Shown here: positions 8,584 through 23,544 of the stretch, one piece after another
How positions within the stretch are numbered: the first letter of the stretch is position 1
Layout: the number at the start of each line of letters is the position of its first letter
DNA from: Eledone cirrhosa
Taxonomy: Eukaryota
Direction: 5' to 3'
Assembly (NCBI GenBank): GCA_964016885.1
Contig: OZ024743.1
Location: forward strand, 212,102,001-212,166,000
DNA: 64,000 bases
Notes under the pieces: model-generated
The model's database searches: none
What the model was told of the DNA's origin: nothing
Seen by the model: only the letters and a program-made list of their open reading frames with translations
Program-made: the position numbers and the translations under genes

Positions 8584-11500
8584 TTACAGATGGATCCCAC
8601 CACGGGCGGCCGGCCCACAATCGAAACGGTTACTCCGCCTGCAAATCGTCATTTTCGGATTCGTTTTCTTCGAAGCACACCATTTGCCGGCGGACTTCAG
8701 CTGCCTCATTTAGCATGAGCAGTTTTTCTTGAAGATCACACCACACACAGCCAATGAGTGTCTGCACATGTACCAGTAATTACAGATGGATCCCACCACG
8801 GGCGGCCGGCCCACAATCGAAAAGGTTACTCCGCCTGCAAATCGTCATTTTCGGATTCGTTTTCTTCGAAGCACACCATTCGCCGGCGGACTTCAGCTGC
8901 CTCATTTAGCATGGGCAGTTTTTCTTGAAGATCACACCACACACACCCAATGAGTGTCTGCACATGTACCAGTAATTAGAGATCGATCCGACCACGGGCG
9001 GCCGGCCCACGATCGAGAAAAAGGTAACTCCGCCGGCAAATCGTCATTTTTGTGATCCGTTTTCTTCGAAGCACACCATTCGCCGCCGGACTTCAGCTGC
9101 CTCATTTAGCATGGGCAGTTTTTTTTGAAAATCACACCACACACAACCAATGTGTGTCTGCACATGTACCAGTAATTACAGATCGATCCGACCACGGGCG
9201 GCCGGCCCGCGATTGAAAAGGTAACTCCGCCGGCAAATCGTCATTTTTGTGATTCGTTTTCTTCGAAGCACACCATTCGCCGCCGGACTTCAGCTGCCTC
9301 ATTTAGCATGGGCAGTTTTTTTTGAAAATCACACCACACACAACCAATGTGTGTCTGCACATGTACCAGTAATTACAGATCGATCCCACCACGAGTTCAA
9401 TGTAAACAAACTTACGCTCAACGACTTTGTTGACGTTTAACACGGTTTGGTTCCACAGCCACAACTATTGATTTTACGGAGATATCTTGCTGAAATTCAC
9501 GCCACACATAGCCAATGAGAGTCTGCACATGTACCAGTAATTACAGATCGATCCGACCAGGGGCGGCCGGCCCGCGATTGAAAAGGTAACTCCGCCGGCA
9601 AATCGTCATTTTTGGATTCGTTTTCTTCGAAGCACACCATTCGCCGGCGGACTTTGTTGACGTTTAACACGGTTTGGTTCCACAGCCACAACTATTGATT
9701 TTACGGAGATATCTTGCTGAAATTCACGCCACACATAGCCAATGAGTGTCTGCACATGTAGCAGTAATTACAGATCGATCCGACCACGGATGGCCGGCCC
9801 GCGATTGAAAAGGTAACTCCGCCGGCAAATCGTCATTTTTGGATTCGTTTTCTTCGAAGCACACCATTCGCCGGCGGACTTTGTTGACGTTTAACACGGT
9901 TTGGTTCCACAGCCACAGCTATTGATTTTAAGGAGATATCTTGCTGAAATTCACGCCACACATAGCCAATGAGTGTCTGCACAAGTACTAGTAATTACAG
10001 ATGGATCCCACCACGGGCGGCCGGCCCACAATCGAAAAGGTTACTCCGCCTGCAAATCGTCATTTTCGGATTCGTTTTCTTCGAAGCACACCATTCGCCG
10101 GCGGACTTCAGCTGCCTCATTTAGCATGGGCAGTTTTTCTTGAAGATCACACCACACACAGCCAATGAGTGTCTGCACATGTACCAGTAATTAGAGATCG
10201 ATCCGACCACGGGCGGCCGGCCCACGATCGAGAAAATGGTAACTCCGCCGGCAAATCGTCATTTTTGTGATCCGTTTTCTTCGAAGCACACCATTCGCCG
10301 CCGGACTTCAGCTGCCTCATTTAGCATGGGCAGTTTTTTTTGAAAATCACACCACACACAACCAATGTGTGTCTGCACATGTACCAGTAATTACAGATCG
10401 ATCCCACCACGGGCGGCCGGCCCACAATCGAAAAGGTTACTCCGCCTGCAAATCGTCATTTTCGGATTCGTTTTCTTCGAAGCACACCATTCGCCGGCGG
10501 ACTTCAGCTGCCTCATTTAGCATGAGCAGTTTTTCTTGAAGATCACACCACACACAGCCAATGAGTCTCTGCAAATGTACCAGTAATTACAGATGGATCC
10601 CACCACGGGCGGCCGGCCCACAATCGAAAAGGTTACTCCGCCTGCAAATCGTCATTTTCGGATTCGTTTTCTTCGAAGCACACCATTCGCCGGCGGACTT
10701 CAGCTGCCTCATTTAGCATGAGCAGTTTTTCTTGAAGATCACACCTCACACAGCCAATGAGTGTCTGCACATGTACCAGTAATTACAGATGGATCCCACC
10801 ACGGGCGGCCGGCCCACAATCGAAAAGGTTACTCCGCCTGCAAATCGTCATTTTCGGATTCGTTTTCTTCGAAGCACACCATTCGCCGGCGGACTTCAGC
10901 TGCCTCATTTAGCATGGGCAGTTTTTCTTGAAGATCACACCACACACAGCCAATGAGTGTCTGCACATGTACCAGTAACTACAGATGGATCCCACCACGG
11001 GCGGCCGGCCCACAATCGAAAAGGTTACTTCGCCTGCAAATCGTCATTTTCGGATTCGTTTTCTTCGAAGCACACCATTCGCCGGCGGACTTCAGCTGCC
11101 TCATTTAGCATGGGCAGTTTTTCTTGAAGATCACACCACACACAGCCAATGAGTGTCTGCACATGTACCAGTAATTAGAGATCGATCCGACCACGGGCGG
11201 CCGGCCCACGATCGAGAAAATGGTAACTCCGCCGGCAAATCGTCATTTTTGTGATCCGTTTTCTTCGAAGCACACCATTCGCCGCCGGACTTCAGCTGCC
11301 TCATTTAGCATGGGCAGTTTTTTTTGAAAATCACACCACACACAACCAATGTGTGTCTGCACATGTACCAGTAATTACAGATCGATCCCACCACGGGCGG
11401 CCGGCCCACAATCGAAAAGGTTACTCCGCCTGCAAATCGTCATTTTCGGATTCGTTTTCTTCGAAGCACACCATTCGCCGGCGGACTTCAGCTGCCTCAT

Positions 11501-14500
11501 TTAGCATGAGCAGTTTTTCTTGAAGATCACACCACACACAGCCAATGAGTCTCTGCAAATGTACCAGTAATTACAGATGGATCCCACCACGGGCGGCCGG
11601 CCCACAATCGAAAAGGTTACTCCGCCTGCAAATCGTCATTTTCGGATTCGTTTTCTTCGAAGCACACCATTCGCCGGCGGACTTGAGCTGCCTCATTTAG
11701 CATGGGCAGTTTTTCTTGAAGATCACACCACACACACCCAATGAGTGTCTGCACATGTACCAGTAATTAGAGATCGATCCGACCATGGGCGGCCGGCCCA
11801 CGATCGAGAAAAAGGTAACTCCGCCGGCAAATCGTCATTTTTGTGATCCGTTTTCTTCGAAGCACACCATTCGCCGCCGGACTTCAGCTGCCTCATTTAG
11901 CATGGGCAGTTTTTTTTGAAAATCACACCACACACAACCAATGTGTGTCTGCACATGTACCAGTAATTACAGATCGATCCGACCACGGGCGGCCGGCCCG
12001 CGATTGAAAAGGTAACTCCGCCGGCAAATCGTCATTTTTGTGATTCGTTTTCTTCGAAGCACACCATTCGCCGCCGGACTTCAGCTGCCTCATTTAGCAT
12101 GGGCAGTTTTTTTTGAAAATCACACCACACACAACCAATGTGTGTCTGCACATGTACCAGTAATTACAGATCGATCCCACCACGAGTTCAATGTAAACAA
12201 ACTTACGCTCAACGACTTTGTTGACGTTTAACACGGTTTGGTTCCACAGCCACAACTATTGATTTTACGGAGATATCTTGCTGAAATTCACGCCACACAT
12301 AGCCAATGAGTGTCTGCACATGTACCAGTAATTACAGATCGATCCGACCACGGACGGCCGGCCCGCGATTGAAAAGGTAACTCCGCCGGCAAATCGTCAT
12401 TTTTGGATTCGTTTTCTTCGAAGCACACCATTCGCCGGCGGACTTTGTTGACGTTTAACACGGTTTGGTTCCACAGCCACAACTATTGATTTTAAGGAGA
12501 TATCTTGCTGAAATTCACGCCACACATAGCCAATGAGTGTCTGCACATGTAGCAGTAATTACAGATCGATCCGACCACGGATGGCCGGCCCGCGATTGAA
12601 AAGGTAACTCCGCCGGCAAATCGTCATTTTTGGATTCGTTTTCTTCGAAGCACACCATTCGCCGGCGGACTTTGTTGACGTTTAACACGGTTTGGTTCCA
12701 CAGCCACAGCTATTGATTTTAAGGAGATATCTTGCTGAAATTCACGCCACACATAGCCAATGAGTGTCTGCACAAGTACTAGTAATTACAGATGGATCCC
12801 ACCACGGGCGGCCGGCCCACAATCGAAAAGGTTACTCCGCCTGCAAATCGTCATTTTCGGATTCGTTTTCTTCGAAGCACACCATTCGCCGGCGGACTTC
12901 AGCTGCCTCATTTAGCATGGGCAGTTTTTCTTGAAGATCACACCACACACAGCCAATGAGTGTCTGCACATGTACCAGTAATTAGAGATCGATCCGACCA
13001 CGGGCGGCCGGCCCACGATCGAGAAAAAGGTAACTCCGCCGGCAAATCGTCATTTTTGTGATCCGTTTTCTTCGAAGCACACCATTCGCCGCCGGACTTC
13101 AGCTGCCTCATTTAGCATGGGCAGTTTTTTTTGAAAATCACACCACACACAACCAATGTGTGTCTGCACATGTACCAGTAATTACAGATCGATCCGACCA
13201 CGGGCGGCCGGCCCGCGATTGAAAAGGTAACTCCGCCGGCAAATCGTCATTTTTGTGATTCGTTTTCTTCGAAGCACACCATTCGCCGCCGGACTTCAGC
13301 TGCCTCATTTAGCATGGGCAGTTTTTTTTGAAAATCACACCACACACAACCAATGTGTGTCTGCACATGTACCAGTAATTACAGATCGATCCCACCACGA
13401 GTTCAATGTAAACTAACTTACGCTCAACGACTTTGTTGACGTTTAACACGGTTTGGTTCCACAGCCACAACTATTGATTTTAAGGAGATATCTTGCTGAA
13501 ATTCACGCCACACATAGCCAATGAGTGTCTGCACATGTACCAGTAATTACAGATGGATCCCACCACGGGCGGCCGGCCCACAATCGAAAAGGTTACTCCG
13601 CCTGCAAATCGTCATTTTCGGATTCGTTTTCTTCGAAGCACACCATTCGCCGGCGGACTTCAGCTGCCTCATTTAGCATGAGCAGTTTTTCTTGAAGATC
13701 ACACCTCACACAGCCAATGAGTGTCTGCACATGTACCAGTAATTAGAGATCGATCCGACCACGGGCGGCCGGCCCACGATCGAGAAAAAGGTAACTCCGC
13801 CGGCAAATCGTCATTTTTGTGATCCGTTTTCTTCGAAGCACACCATTCGCCGCCGGACTTCAGCTGCCTCATTTAGCATGGGCAGTTTTTCTTGAAGATC
13901 ACACCACACACAGCCAATGAGTGTCTGCACATGTACCAGTAATTACAGATCGATCCCACCACGGGCGGCCGGCCCACAATCGAAAAGGTTACTCCGCCTG
14001 CAAATCGTCATTTTCGGATTCGTTTTCTTCGAAGCACACCATTCGCCGGCGGACTTCAGCTGCCTCATTTAGCATGAGCAGTTTTTCTTGAAGATCATAC
14101 CACACACAGCCAATGAGTGTCTGCACATGTACCAGTAATTACAGATGGATCCCACCACGGGCGGCCGGCCCACAATCGAAAAGGTTACTCCGCCTGCAAA
14201 TCGTCATTTTCGGATTCGTTTTCTTCGAAGCACACCATTCGCCGGCGGACTTCAGCTGCCTCATTTAGCATGAGCAGTTTTTCTTGAAGATCACACCACA
14301 CACAGCCAATGAGTGTCTGCACATGTACCAGTAATTACAGATGGATCCCACCACGGGCGGCCGGCCCACAATCGAAAAGGTTACTCCGCCTGCAAATCGT
14401 CATTTTCGGATTCGTTTTCTTCGAAGCACACCATTCGCCGGCGGACTTCAGCTGCCTCATTTAGCATGGGCAGTTTTTCTTGAAGATCACACCACACACA

Positions 14501-17094
14501 GCCAATGAGTGTCTGCACATGTACCAGTAACTACAGATGGATCCCACCACGGGCGGCCGGCCCACAATCGAAAAGGTTACTCCGCCTGCAAATCGTCATT
14601 TTCGGATTCGTTTTCTTCGAAGCACACCATTCGCCGGCGGACTTCAGCTGCCTCATTTAGCATGGGCAGTTTTTCTTGAAGATCACACCACACACAGCCA
14701 ATGAGTGTCTGCACATGTACCAGTAATTAGAGATCGATCCGACCACGGGCGGCCGGCCCACGATCGAGAAAATGGTAACTCCGCCGGCAAATCGTCATTT
14801 TTGTGATCCGTTTTCTTCGAAGCACACAATTCGCCGCCGGACTTCAGCTGCCTCATTTAGCATGGGCAGTTTTTTTTGAAAATCACACCACACACAACCA
14901 ATGTGTGTCTGCACATGTACCAGTAATTACAGATCGATCCCACCACGGGCGGCCGGCCCACAATCGAAAAGGTTACTCCGCCTGCAAATCGTCATTTTCG
15001 GATTCGTTTTCTTCGAAGCACACCATTCGCCGGCGGACTTCAGCTACCTCATTTAGCATGAGCAGTTTTTCTTGAAGATCACACCACACACAGCCAATGA
15101 GTCTCTGCAAATGTACCAGTAATTACAGATGGATCCCACCACGGGCGGCCGGCCCACAATCGAAAAGGTTACTCCGCCTGCAAATCGTCATTTTCGGATT
15201 CGTTTTCTTCGAAGCACACCATTCGCCGGCGGACTTCAGCTGCCTCATTTAGCATGAGCAGTTTTTCTTGAAGATCACACCTCACACAGCCAATGTGTGT
15301 CTGCACATGTACCAGTAATTACAGATGGATCCCACCACGGGCGGCCGGCCCACAATCGAAAAGGTTACTCCGCCTGCAAATCGTCATTTTCGGATTCGTT
15401 TTCTTCGAAGCACACCATTCGCCGGCGGACTTCAGCTGCCTCATTTAGCATGGGCAGTTTTTCTTGAAGATCACACCACACACAGCCAATGAGTGTCTGC
15501 ACATGTACCAGTAACTACAGATGGATCCCACCACGGGCGGCCGGCCCACAATCGAAAAGGTTACTTCGCCTGCAAATCGTCATTTTCGGATTCGTTTTCT
15601 TCGAAGCACACCATTCGCCGGCGGACTTCAGCTGCCTCATTTAGCATGGGCAGTTTTTCTTGAAGATCACACCACACACAGCCAATGAGTGTCTGCACAT
15701 GTACCAGTAATTAGAGATCGATCCGACCACGGGCGGCCGGCCCACGATCGAGAAAATGGTAACTCCGCCGGCAAATCGTCATTTTTGTGATCCGTTTTCT
15801 TCGAAGCACACCATTCGCCGCCGGACTTCAGCTGCCTCATTTAGCATGGGCAGTTTTTTTTGAAAATCACACCACACACAACCAATGTGTGTCTGCACAT
15901 GTACCAGTAATTACAGATCGATCCCACCACGGGCGGCCGGCCCACAATCGAAAAGGTTACTCCGCCTGCAAATCGTCATTTTCGGATTCGTTTTCTTCGA
16001 AGCACACCATTCGCCGGCGGACTTCAGCTGCCTCATTTAGCATGAGCAGTTTTTCTTGAAGATCACACCACACACAGCCAATGAGTGTCTGCACATGTAG
16101 CAGTAATTACAGATCGATCCGACCACGGATGGCCGGCCCGCGATTGAAAAGGTAACTCCGCCGGCAAATCGTCATTTTTGGATTCGTTTTCTTCGAAGCA
16201 CACCATTCGCCGGCGGACTTTGTTGACGTTTAACACGGTTTGGTTCCACAGCCACAGCTATTGATTTTAAGGAGATATCTTGCTGAAATTCACGCCACAC
16301 ATAGCCAATGAGTGTCTGCACAAGTACTAGTAATTACAGATGGATCCCACCACGGGCGGCCGGCCCACAATCGAAAAGGTTACTCCGCCTGCAAATCGTC
16401 ATTTTCGGATTCGTTTTCTTCGAAGCACACCATTCGCCGGCGGACTTCAGCTGCCTCATTTAGCATGGGCAGTTTTTCTTGAAGATCACACCACACACAG
16501 CCAATGAGTGTCTGCACATGTACCAGTAATTAGAGATCGATCCGACCACGGGCGGCCGGCCCACGATCGAGAAAAAGGTAACTCCGCCGGCAAATCGTCA
16601 TTTTTGTGATCCGTTTTCTTCGAAGCACACCATTCGCCGCCGGACTTCAGCTGCCTCATTTAGCATGGGCAGTTTTCTTTGAAAATCACACCACACACAA
16701 CCAATGTGTGTCTGCACATGTACCAGTAATTACAGATCGATCCGACCACGGGCGGCCGGCCCGCGATTGAAAAGGTAACTCCGCCGGCAAATCGTCATTT
16801 TTGTGATTCGTTTTCTTCGAAGCACACCATTCGCCGCCGGACTTCAGCTGCCTCATTTAGCATGGGCAGTTTTTTTTGAAAATCACACCACACACAACCA
16901 ATGTGTGTCTGCACATGTACCAGTAATTACAGATCGATCCCACCACGAGTTCAATGTAAACTAACTTACGCTCAACGACTTTGTTGACGTTTAACACGGT
17001 TTGGTTCCACAGCCACAACTATTGATTTTAAGGAGATATCTTGCTGAAATTCACGCCACACATAGCCAATGAGTGTCTGCACATGTACCAGTAA

Positions 17095-19008
17095 TTACAG
17101 ATGGATCCCACCACGGGCGGCCGGCCCACAATCGAAACGGTTACTCCGCCTGCAAATCGTCATTTTCGGATTCGTTTTCTTCGAAGCACACCATTTGCCG
17201 GCGGACTTCAGCTGCCTCATTTAGCATGAGCAGTTTTTCTTGAAGATCACACCACACACAGCCAATGAGTGTCTGCACATGTACCAGTAATTACAGATGG
17301 ATCCCACCACGGGCGGCCGGCCCACAATCGAAAAGGTTACTCCGCCTGCAAATCGTCATTTTCGGATTCGTTTTCTTCGAAGCACACCATTCGCCGGCGG
17401 ACTTCAGCTGCCTCATTTAGCATGGGCAGTTTTTCTTGAAGATCACACCACACACACCCAATGAGTGTCTGCACATGTACCAGTAATTAGAGATCGATCC
17501 GACCACGGGCGGCCGGCCCACGATCGAGAGAAAGGTAACTCCGCCGGCAAATCGTCATTTTTGTGATCCGTTTTCTTCGAAGCACACCATTCGCCGCCGG
17601 ACTTCAGCTGCCTCATTTAGCATGGGCAGTTTTTTTTGAAAATCACACCACACACAACCAATGTGTGTCTGCACATGTACCAGTAATTACAGATCGATCC
17701 GACCACGGGCGGCCGGCCCGCGATTGAAAAGGTAACTCCGCCGGCAAATCGTCATTTTTGTGATTCGTTTTCTTCGAAGCACACCATTCGCCGCCGGACT
17801 TCAGCTGCCTCATTTAGCATGGGCAGTTTTTTTTGAAAATCACACCACACACAACCAATGTGTGTCTGCACATGTACCAGTAATTACAGATCGATCCCAC
17901 CACGAGTTCAATGTAAACTAACTTACGCTCAACGACTTTGTTGACGTTTAACACGGTTTGGTTCCACAGCCACAACTATTGATTTTAAGGAGATATCTTG
18001 CTGAAATTCACGCCACACATAGCCAATGAGTGTCTGCACATGTACCAGTAATTACAGATGGATCCCACCACGGGCGGCCGGCCCACAATCGAAAAGGTTA
18101 CTCCGCCTGCAAATCGTCATTTTCGGATTCGTTTTCTTCGAAGCACACCATTCGCCGGCGGACTTCAGCTGCCTCATTTAGCATGAGCAGTTTTTCTTGA
18201 AGATCACACCACACACAGCCAATGAGTGTCTGCACATGTACCAGTAATTACAGATGGATCCCACCACGGGCGGCCGGCCCACAATCGAAAAGGTTACTCC
18301 GCCTGCAAATCGTCATTTTCGGATTCGTTTTCTTCGAAGCACACCATTCGCCGGCGGACTTCAGCTGCCTCATTTAGCATGGGCAGTTTTTCTTGAAGAT
18401 CACACCACACACAGCCAATGAGTGTCTGCACATGTACCAGTAATTAGAGATCGATCCGACCACGGGCGGCCGGCCCACGATCGAGAAAAAGGTAACTCCG
18501 CCGGCAAATCGTCATTTTTGTGATCCGTTTTCTTCGAAGCACACCATTCGCCGCCGGACTTCAGCTGCCTCATTTAGCATGGGCAGTTTTTTTTGAAAAT
18601 CACACCACACACAACCAATGTGTGTCTGCACATGTACCAGTAATTACAGATCGATCCGACCACGGGCGGCCGGCCCGCGATTGAAAAGGTAACTCCGCCG
18701 GCAAATCGTCATTTTTGTGATTCGTTTTCTTCGAAGCACACCATTCGCCGCCGGACTTCAGCTGCCTCATTTAGCATGGGCAGTTTTTTTTGAAAATCAC
18801 ACCACACACAACCAATGTGTGTCTGCACATGTACCAGTAATTACAGATCGATCCCACCACGAGTTCAATGTAAACTAACTTACGCTCAACGACTTTGTTG
18901 ACGTTTAACACGGTTTGGTTCCACAGCCACAACTATTGATTTTAAGGAGATATCTTGCTGAAATTCACGCCACACATAGCCAATGAGTGTCTGCACATGT
19001 ACCAGTAA
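17095..19008 (+). repeat. 957 bp 5-mer HOR (A-A-B-C-D)
   Basis: D monomers start at about 16927, 17884 and 18841, a spacing of 957 (2x196+200+197+168). Confidence 0.85.
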
Positions 19009-22000
19009 TTACAGATCGATCCGACCACGGACGGCCGGCCCGCGATTGAAAAGGTAACTCCGCCGGCAAATTGTCATTTTTGGATTCGTTTTCTTCGAAG
19101 CACACCATTCGCCGGCGTACTTTGTTGACGTTTAACACGGTTTGGTTCCACAGCCACAACTATTGATTTTAAGGAGATATCTTGCTGAAATTCACGCCAC
19201 ACATAGCCAATGAGTGTCTGCACATGTACCAGTAATTACAGATGGATCCCACCACGGGCGGCCGGCCCACAATCGAAAAGGTTACTCCGCCTGCAAATCG
19301 TCATTTTCGGATTCGTTTTCTTCGAAGCACACCATTCGCCGGCGGACTTCAGCTGCCTCATTTAGCATGAGCAGTTTTTCTTGAAGATCACACCACACAC
19401 AGCCAATGAGTGTCTGCACATGTACCAGTAATTACAGATGGATCCCACCACGGGCGGCCGGCCCACAATCGAAAAGGTTACTCCGCCTGCAAATCGTCAT
19501 TTTCGGATTCGTTTTCTTCGAAGCACACCATTCGCCGGCGGACTTCAGCTGCCTCATTTAGCATGGGCAGTTTTTCTTGAAGATCACACCACACACAGCC
19601 AATGAGTGTCTGCACATGTACCAGTAATTAGAGATCGATCCGACCACGGGCGGCCGGCCCACGATCGAGAAAAAGGTAACTCCGCCGGCAAATCGTCATT
19701 TTTGTGATCCGTTTTCTTCGAAGCACACCATTCGCCGCCGGACTTCAGCTGCCTCATTTAGCATGGGCAGTTTTTTTTGAAAATCACACCACACACAACC
19801 AATGTGTGTCTGCACATGTACCAGTAATTACAGATCGATCCGACCACGGGCGGCCGGCCCGCGATTGAAAAGGTAACTCCGCCGGCAAATCGTCATTTTT
19901 GTGATTCGTTTTCTTCGAAGCACACCATTCGCCGCCGGACTTCAGCTGCCTCATTTAGCATGGGCAGTTTTTTTTGAAAATCACACCACACACAACCAAT
20001 GTGTGTCTGCACATGTACCAGTAATTACAGATCGATCCCACCACGAGTTCAATGTAAACTAACTTACGCTCAACGACTTTGTTGACGTTTAACACGGTTT
20101 GGTTCCACAGCCACAACTATTGATTTTAAGGAGATATCTTGCTGAAATTCACGCCACACATAGCCAATGAGTGTCTGCACATGTACCAGTAATTACAGAT
20201 CGATCCGACCACGGACGGCCGGCCCGCGTTTGAAAAGGTAACTCCGCCGGCAAATCGTCATTTTTGGATTCGTTTTCTTCGAAGCACACCATTCGCCGGC
20301 GTACTTTGTTGACGTTTAACACGGTTTGGTTCCACAGCCACAACTATTGATTTTAAGGAGATATCTTGCTGAAATTCACGCCACACATAGCCAATGAGTG
20401 TCTGCACATGTACCAGTAATTACAGATGGATCCCACCACGGGCGGCCGGCCCACAATCGAAAAGGTTACTCCGCCTGCAAATCGTCATTTTCGGATTCGT
20501 TTTCTTCGAAGCACACCATTCGCCGGCGGACTTCAGCTGCCTCATTTAGCATGAGCAGTTTTTCTTGAAGATCACACCACACACAGCCAATGAGTGTCTG
20601 CACATGTACCAGTAATTACAGATGGATCCCACCACGGGCGGCCGGCCCACAATCGAAAAGGTTACTCCGCCTGCAAATCGTCATTTTCGGATTCGTTTTC
20701 TTCGAAGCACACCATTCGCCGGCGGACTTCAGCTGCCTCATTTATCATGGGCAGTTTTTCTTGAAGATCACACCACACACACCCAATGAGTGTCTGCACA
20801 TGTACCAGTAATTAGAGATCGATCCGACCACGGGCGGCCGGCCCACGATCGAGAAAAAGGTAACTCCGCCGGCAAATCGTCATTTTTGTGATCCGTTTTC
20901 TTCGAAGCACACCATTCGCCGCCGGACTTCAGCTGCCTCATTTAGCATGTTCAGTTTTTTTTGAAAATCACACCACACACAACCAATTTATGTCTGCACA
21001 TGTACCAGTAATTACAGATCGATCCGACCACGGGCGGCCGGCCCGCGATTGAAAAGGTAACTCCGCCGGCAAATCGTCATTTTTGTGATTCGTTTTCTTC
21101 GAAGCACACCATTCGCCGCCGGACTTCAGCTGCCTCATTTAGCATGGGCAGTTTTTTTTGAAAATCACACCACACACAACCAATGTGTGTCTGCACATGT
21201 ACCAGTAATTACAGATCGATCCCACCACGAGTTCAATGTAAACTAACTTACGCTCAACGACTTTGTTGACGTTTAACACGGTTTGGTTCCACAGCCACAA
21301 CTATTGATTTTAAGGAGATATCTTGCTGAAATTCACGCCACACATAGCCAATGAGTGTCTGCACATGTACCAGTAATTACAGATGGATCCCACCACGGGC
21401 GGCCGGCCCACAATCGAAAAGGTTACTCCGCCTGCAAATCGTCATTTTCGGATTCGTTTTCTTCGAAGCACACCATTCGCCGGCGGACTTCAGCTGCCTC
21501 ATTTAGCATGAGCAGTTTTTCTTGAAGATCACACCACACACAGCCAATGAGTGTCTGCACATGTACCAGTAATTACAGATGGATCCCACCATGGGCGGCC
21601 GGCCCACAATCGAAAAGGTTACTCCGCCTGCAAATCGTCATTTTCGGATTCGTTTTCTTCGAAGCACACCATTCGCCGGCGGACTTCAGCTGCCTCATTT
21701 AGCATGGGCAGTTTTTCTTGAAGATCACACCACACACAGCCAATGAGTGTCTGCACATGTACCAGTAACTACAGATGGATCCCACCACGGGCGGCCGGCC
21801 CACAATCGAAAAGGTTGCTCCGCCTGCAAATCGTCATTTTCGGATTCGTTTTCTTCGAAGCACACCATTCGCCGGCGGACTTCAGCTGCCTCATTTAGCA
21901 TGGGCAGTTTTTCTTGAAGATCACACCACACACAGCCAATGAGTGTCTGCACATGTACCAGTAATTAGAGATCGATCCGACCACGGGCGGCCGGCCCACG

Positions 22001-23544
22001 ATCGAGAAAAAGGTAACTCCGCCGGCAAATCGTCATTTTTGTGATCCGTTTTCTTCGAAGCACACCATTCGCCGCCGGACTTCAGCTGCCTCATTTAGCA
22101 TGGGCAGTTTTTTTTGAAAATCACACCACACACAACCAATGTGTGTCTGCACATGTACCAGTAATTACAGATCGATCCCACCACGGGCGGCCGGCCCACA
22201 ATCGAAAAGGTTACTCCGCCTGCAAATCGTCATTTTCGGATTCGTTTTCTTCGAAGCACACCATTCGCCGGCGGACTTCAGCTGCCTCATTTAGCATGAG
22301 CAGTTTTTCTTGAAGATCACACCACACACAGCCAATGAGTCTCTGCAAATGTACCAGTAATTACAGATGGATCCCACCACGGGCGGCCGGCCCACAATCG
22401 AAAAGGTTACTCCGCCTGCAAATCGTCATTTTCGGATTCGTTTTCTTCGAAGCACACCATTCGCCGGCGGACTTCAGCTGCCTCATTTAGCATGAGCAGT
22501 TTTTCTTGAAGATCACAGCACACACAGCCAATGAGTGTCTGCACATGTACCAGTAATTACAGATGGATCCCACCACGGGCGGCCGGCCCACAATCGAAAA
22601 GGTTACTCCGCCTGCAAATCGTCATTTTCGGATTCGTTTTCTTCGAAGCACACCATTCGCCGGCGGACTTGAGCTGCCTCATTTAGCATGGGCAGTTTTT
22701 CTTGAAGATCACACCACACACACCCAATGAGTGTCTGCACATGTACCAGTAATTAGAGATCGATCCGACCATGGGCGGCCGGCCCACGATCGAGAAAAAG
22801 GTAACTCCGCCGGCAAATCGTCATTTTTGTGATCCGTTTTCTTCGAAGCACACCATTCGCCGCCGGACTTCAGCTGCCTCATTTAGCATGGGCAGTTTTT
22901 TTTGAAAATCACACCACACACAACCAATGTGTGTCTGCACATGTACCAGTAATTACAGATCGATCCGACCACGGGCGGCCGGCCCGCGATTGAAAAGGTA
23001 ACTCCGCCGGCAAATCGTCATTTTTGTGATTCGTTTTCTTCGAAGCACACCATTCGCCGCCGGACTTCAGCTGCCTCATTTAGCATGGGCAGTTTTTTTT
23101 GAAAATCACACCACACACAACCAATGTGTGTCTGCACATGTACCAGTAATTACAGATCGATCCCACCACGAGTTCAATGTAAACAAACTTACGCTCAACG
23201 ACTTTGTTGACGTTTAACACGGTTTGGTTCCACAGCCACAACTATTGATTTTACGGAGATATCTTGCTGAAATTCACGCCACACATAGCCAATGAGTGTC
23301 TGCACATGTAGCAGTAATTACAGATCGATCCGACCACGGATGGCCGGCCCGCGATTGAAAAGGTAACTCCGCCGGCAAATCGTCATTTTTGGATTCGTTT
23401 TCTTCGAAGCACACCATTCGCCGGCGGACTTTGTTGACGTTTAACACGGTTTGGTTCCACAGCCACAGCTATTGATTTTAAGGAGATATCTTGCTGAAAT
23501 TCACGCCACACATAGCCAATGAGTGTCTGCACATGTACTAGTAA

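Larger units (their letters stand above)
1345..16083 (+). repeat. ~5.6 kb block duplicated at a 9103 bp offset (~1345-6980 and ~10448-16083)
   Basis: ORF echoes 2148/11251, 2937/12040, 3185/12288, 5700/14803 and 6684/15787 all differ by 9103. Private variants (CACCTCAC, TACTTCGCC, CACAAGTACTAG, GATCATACC) occur in the same order in both copies. Confidence 0.88.
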
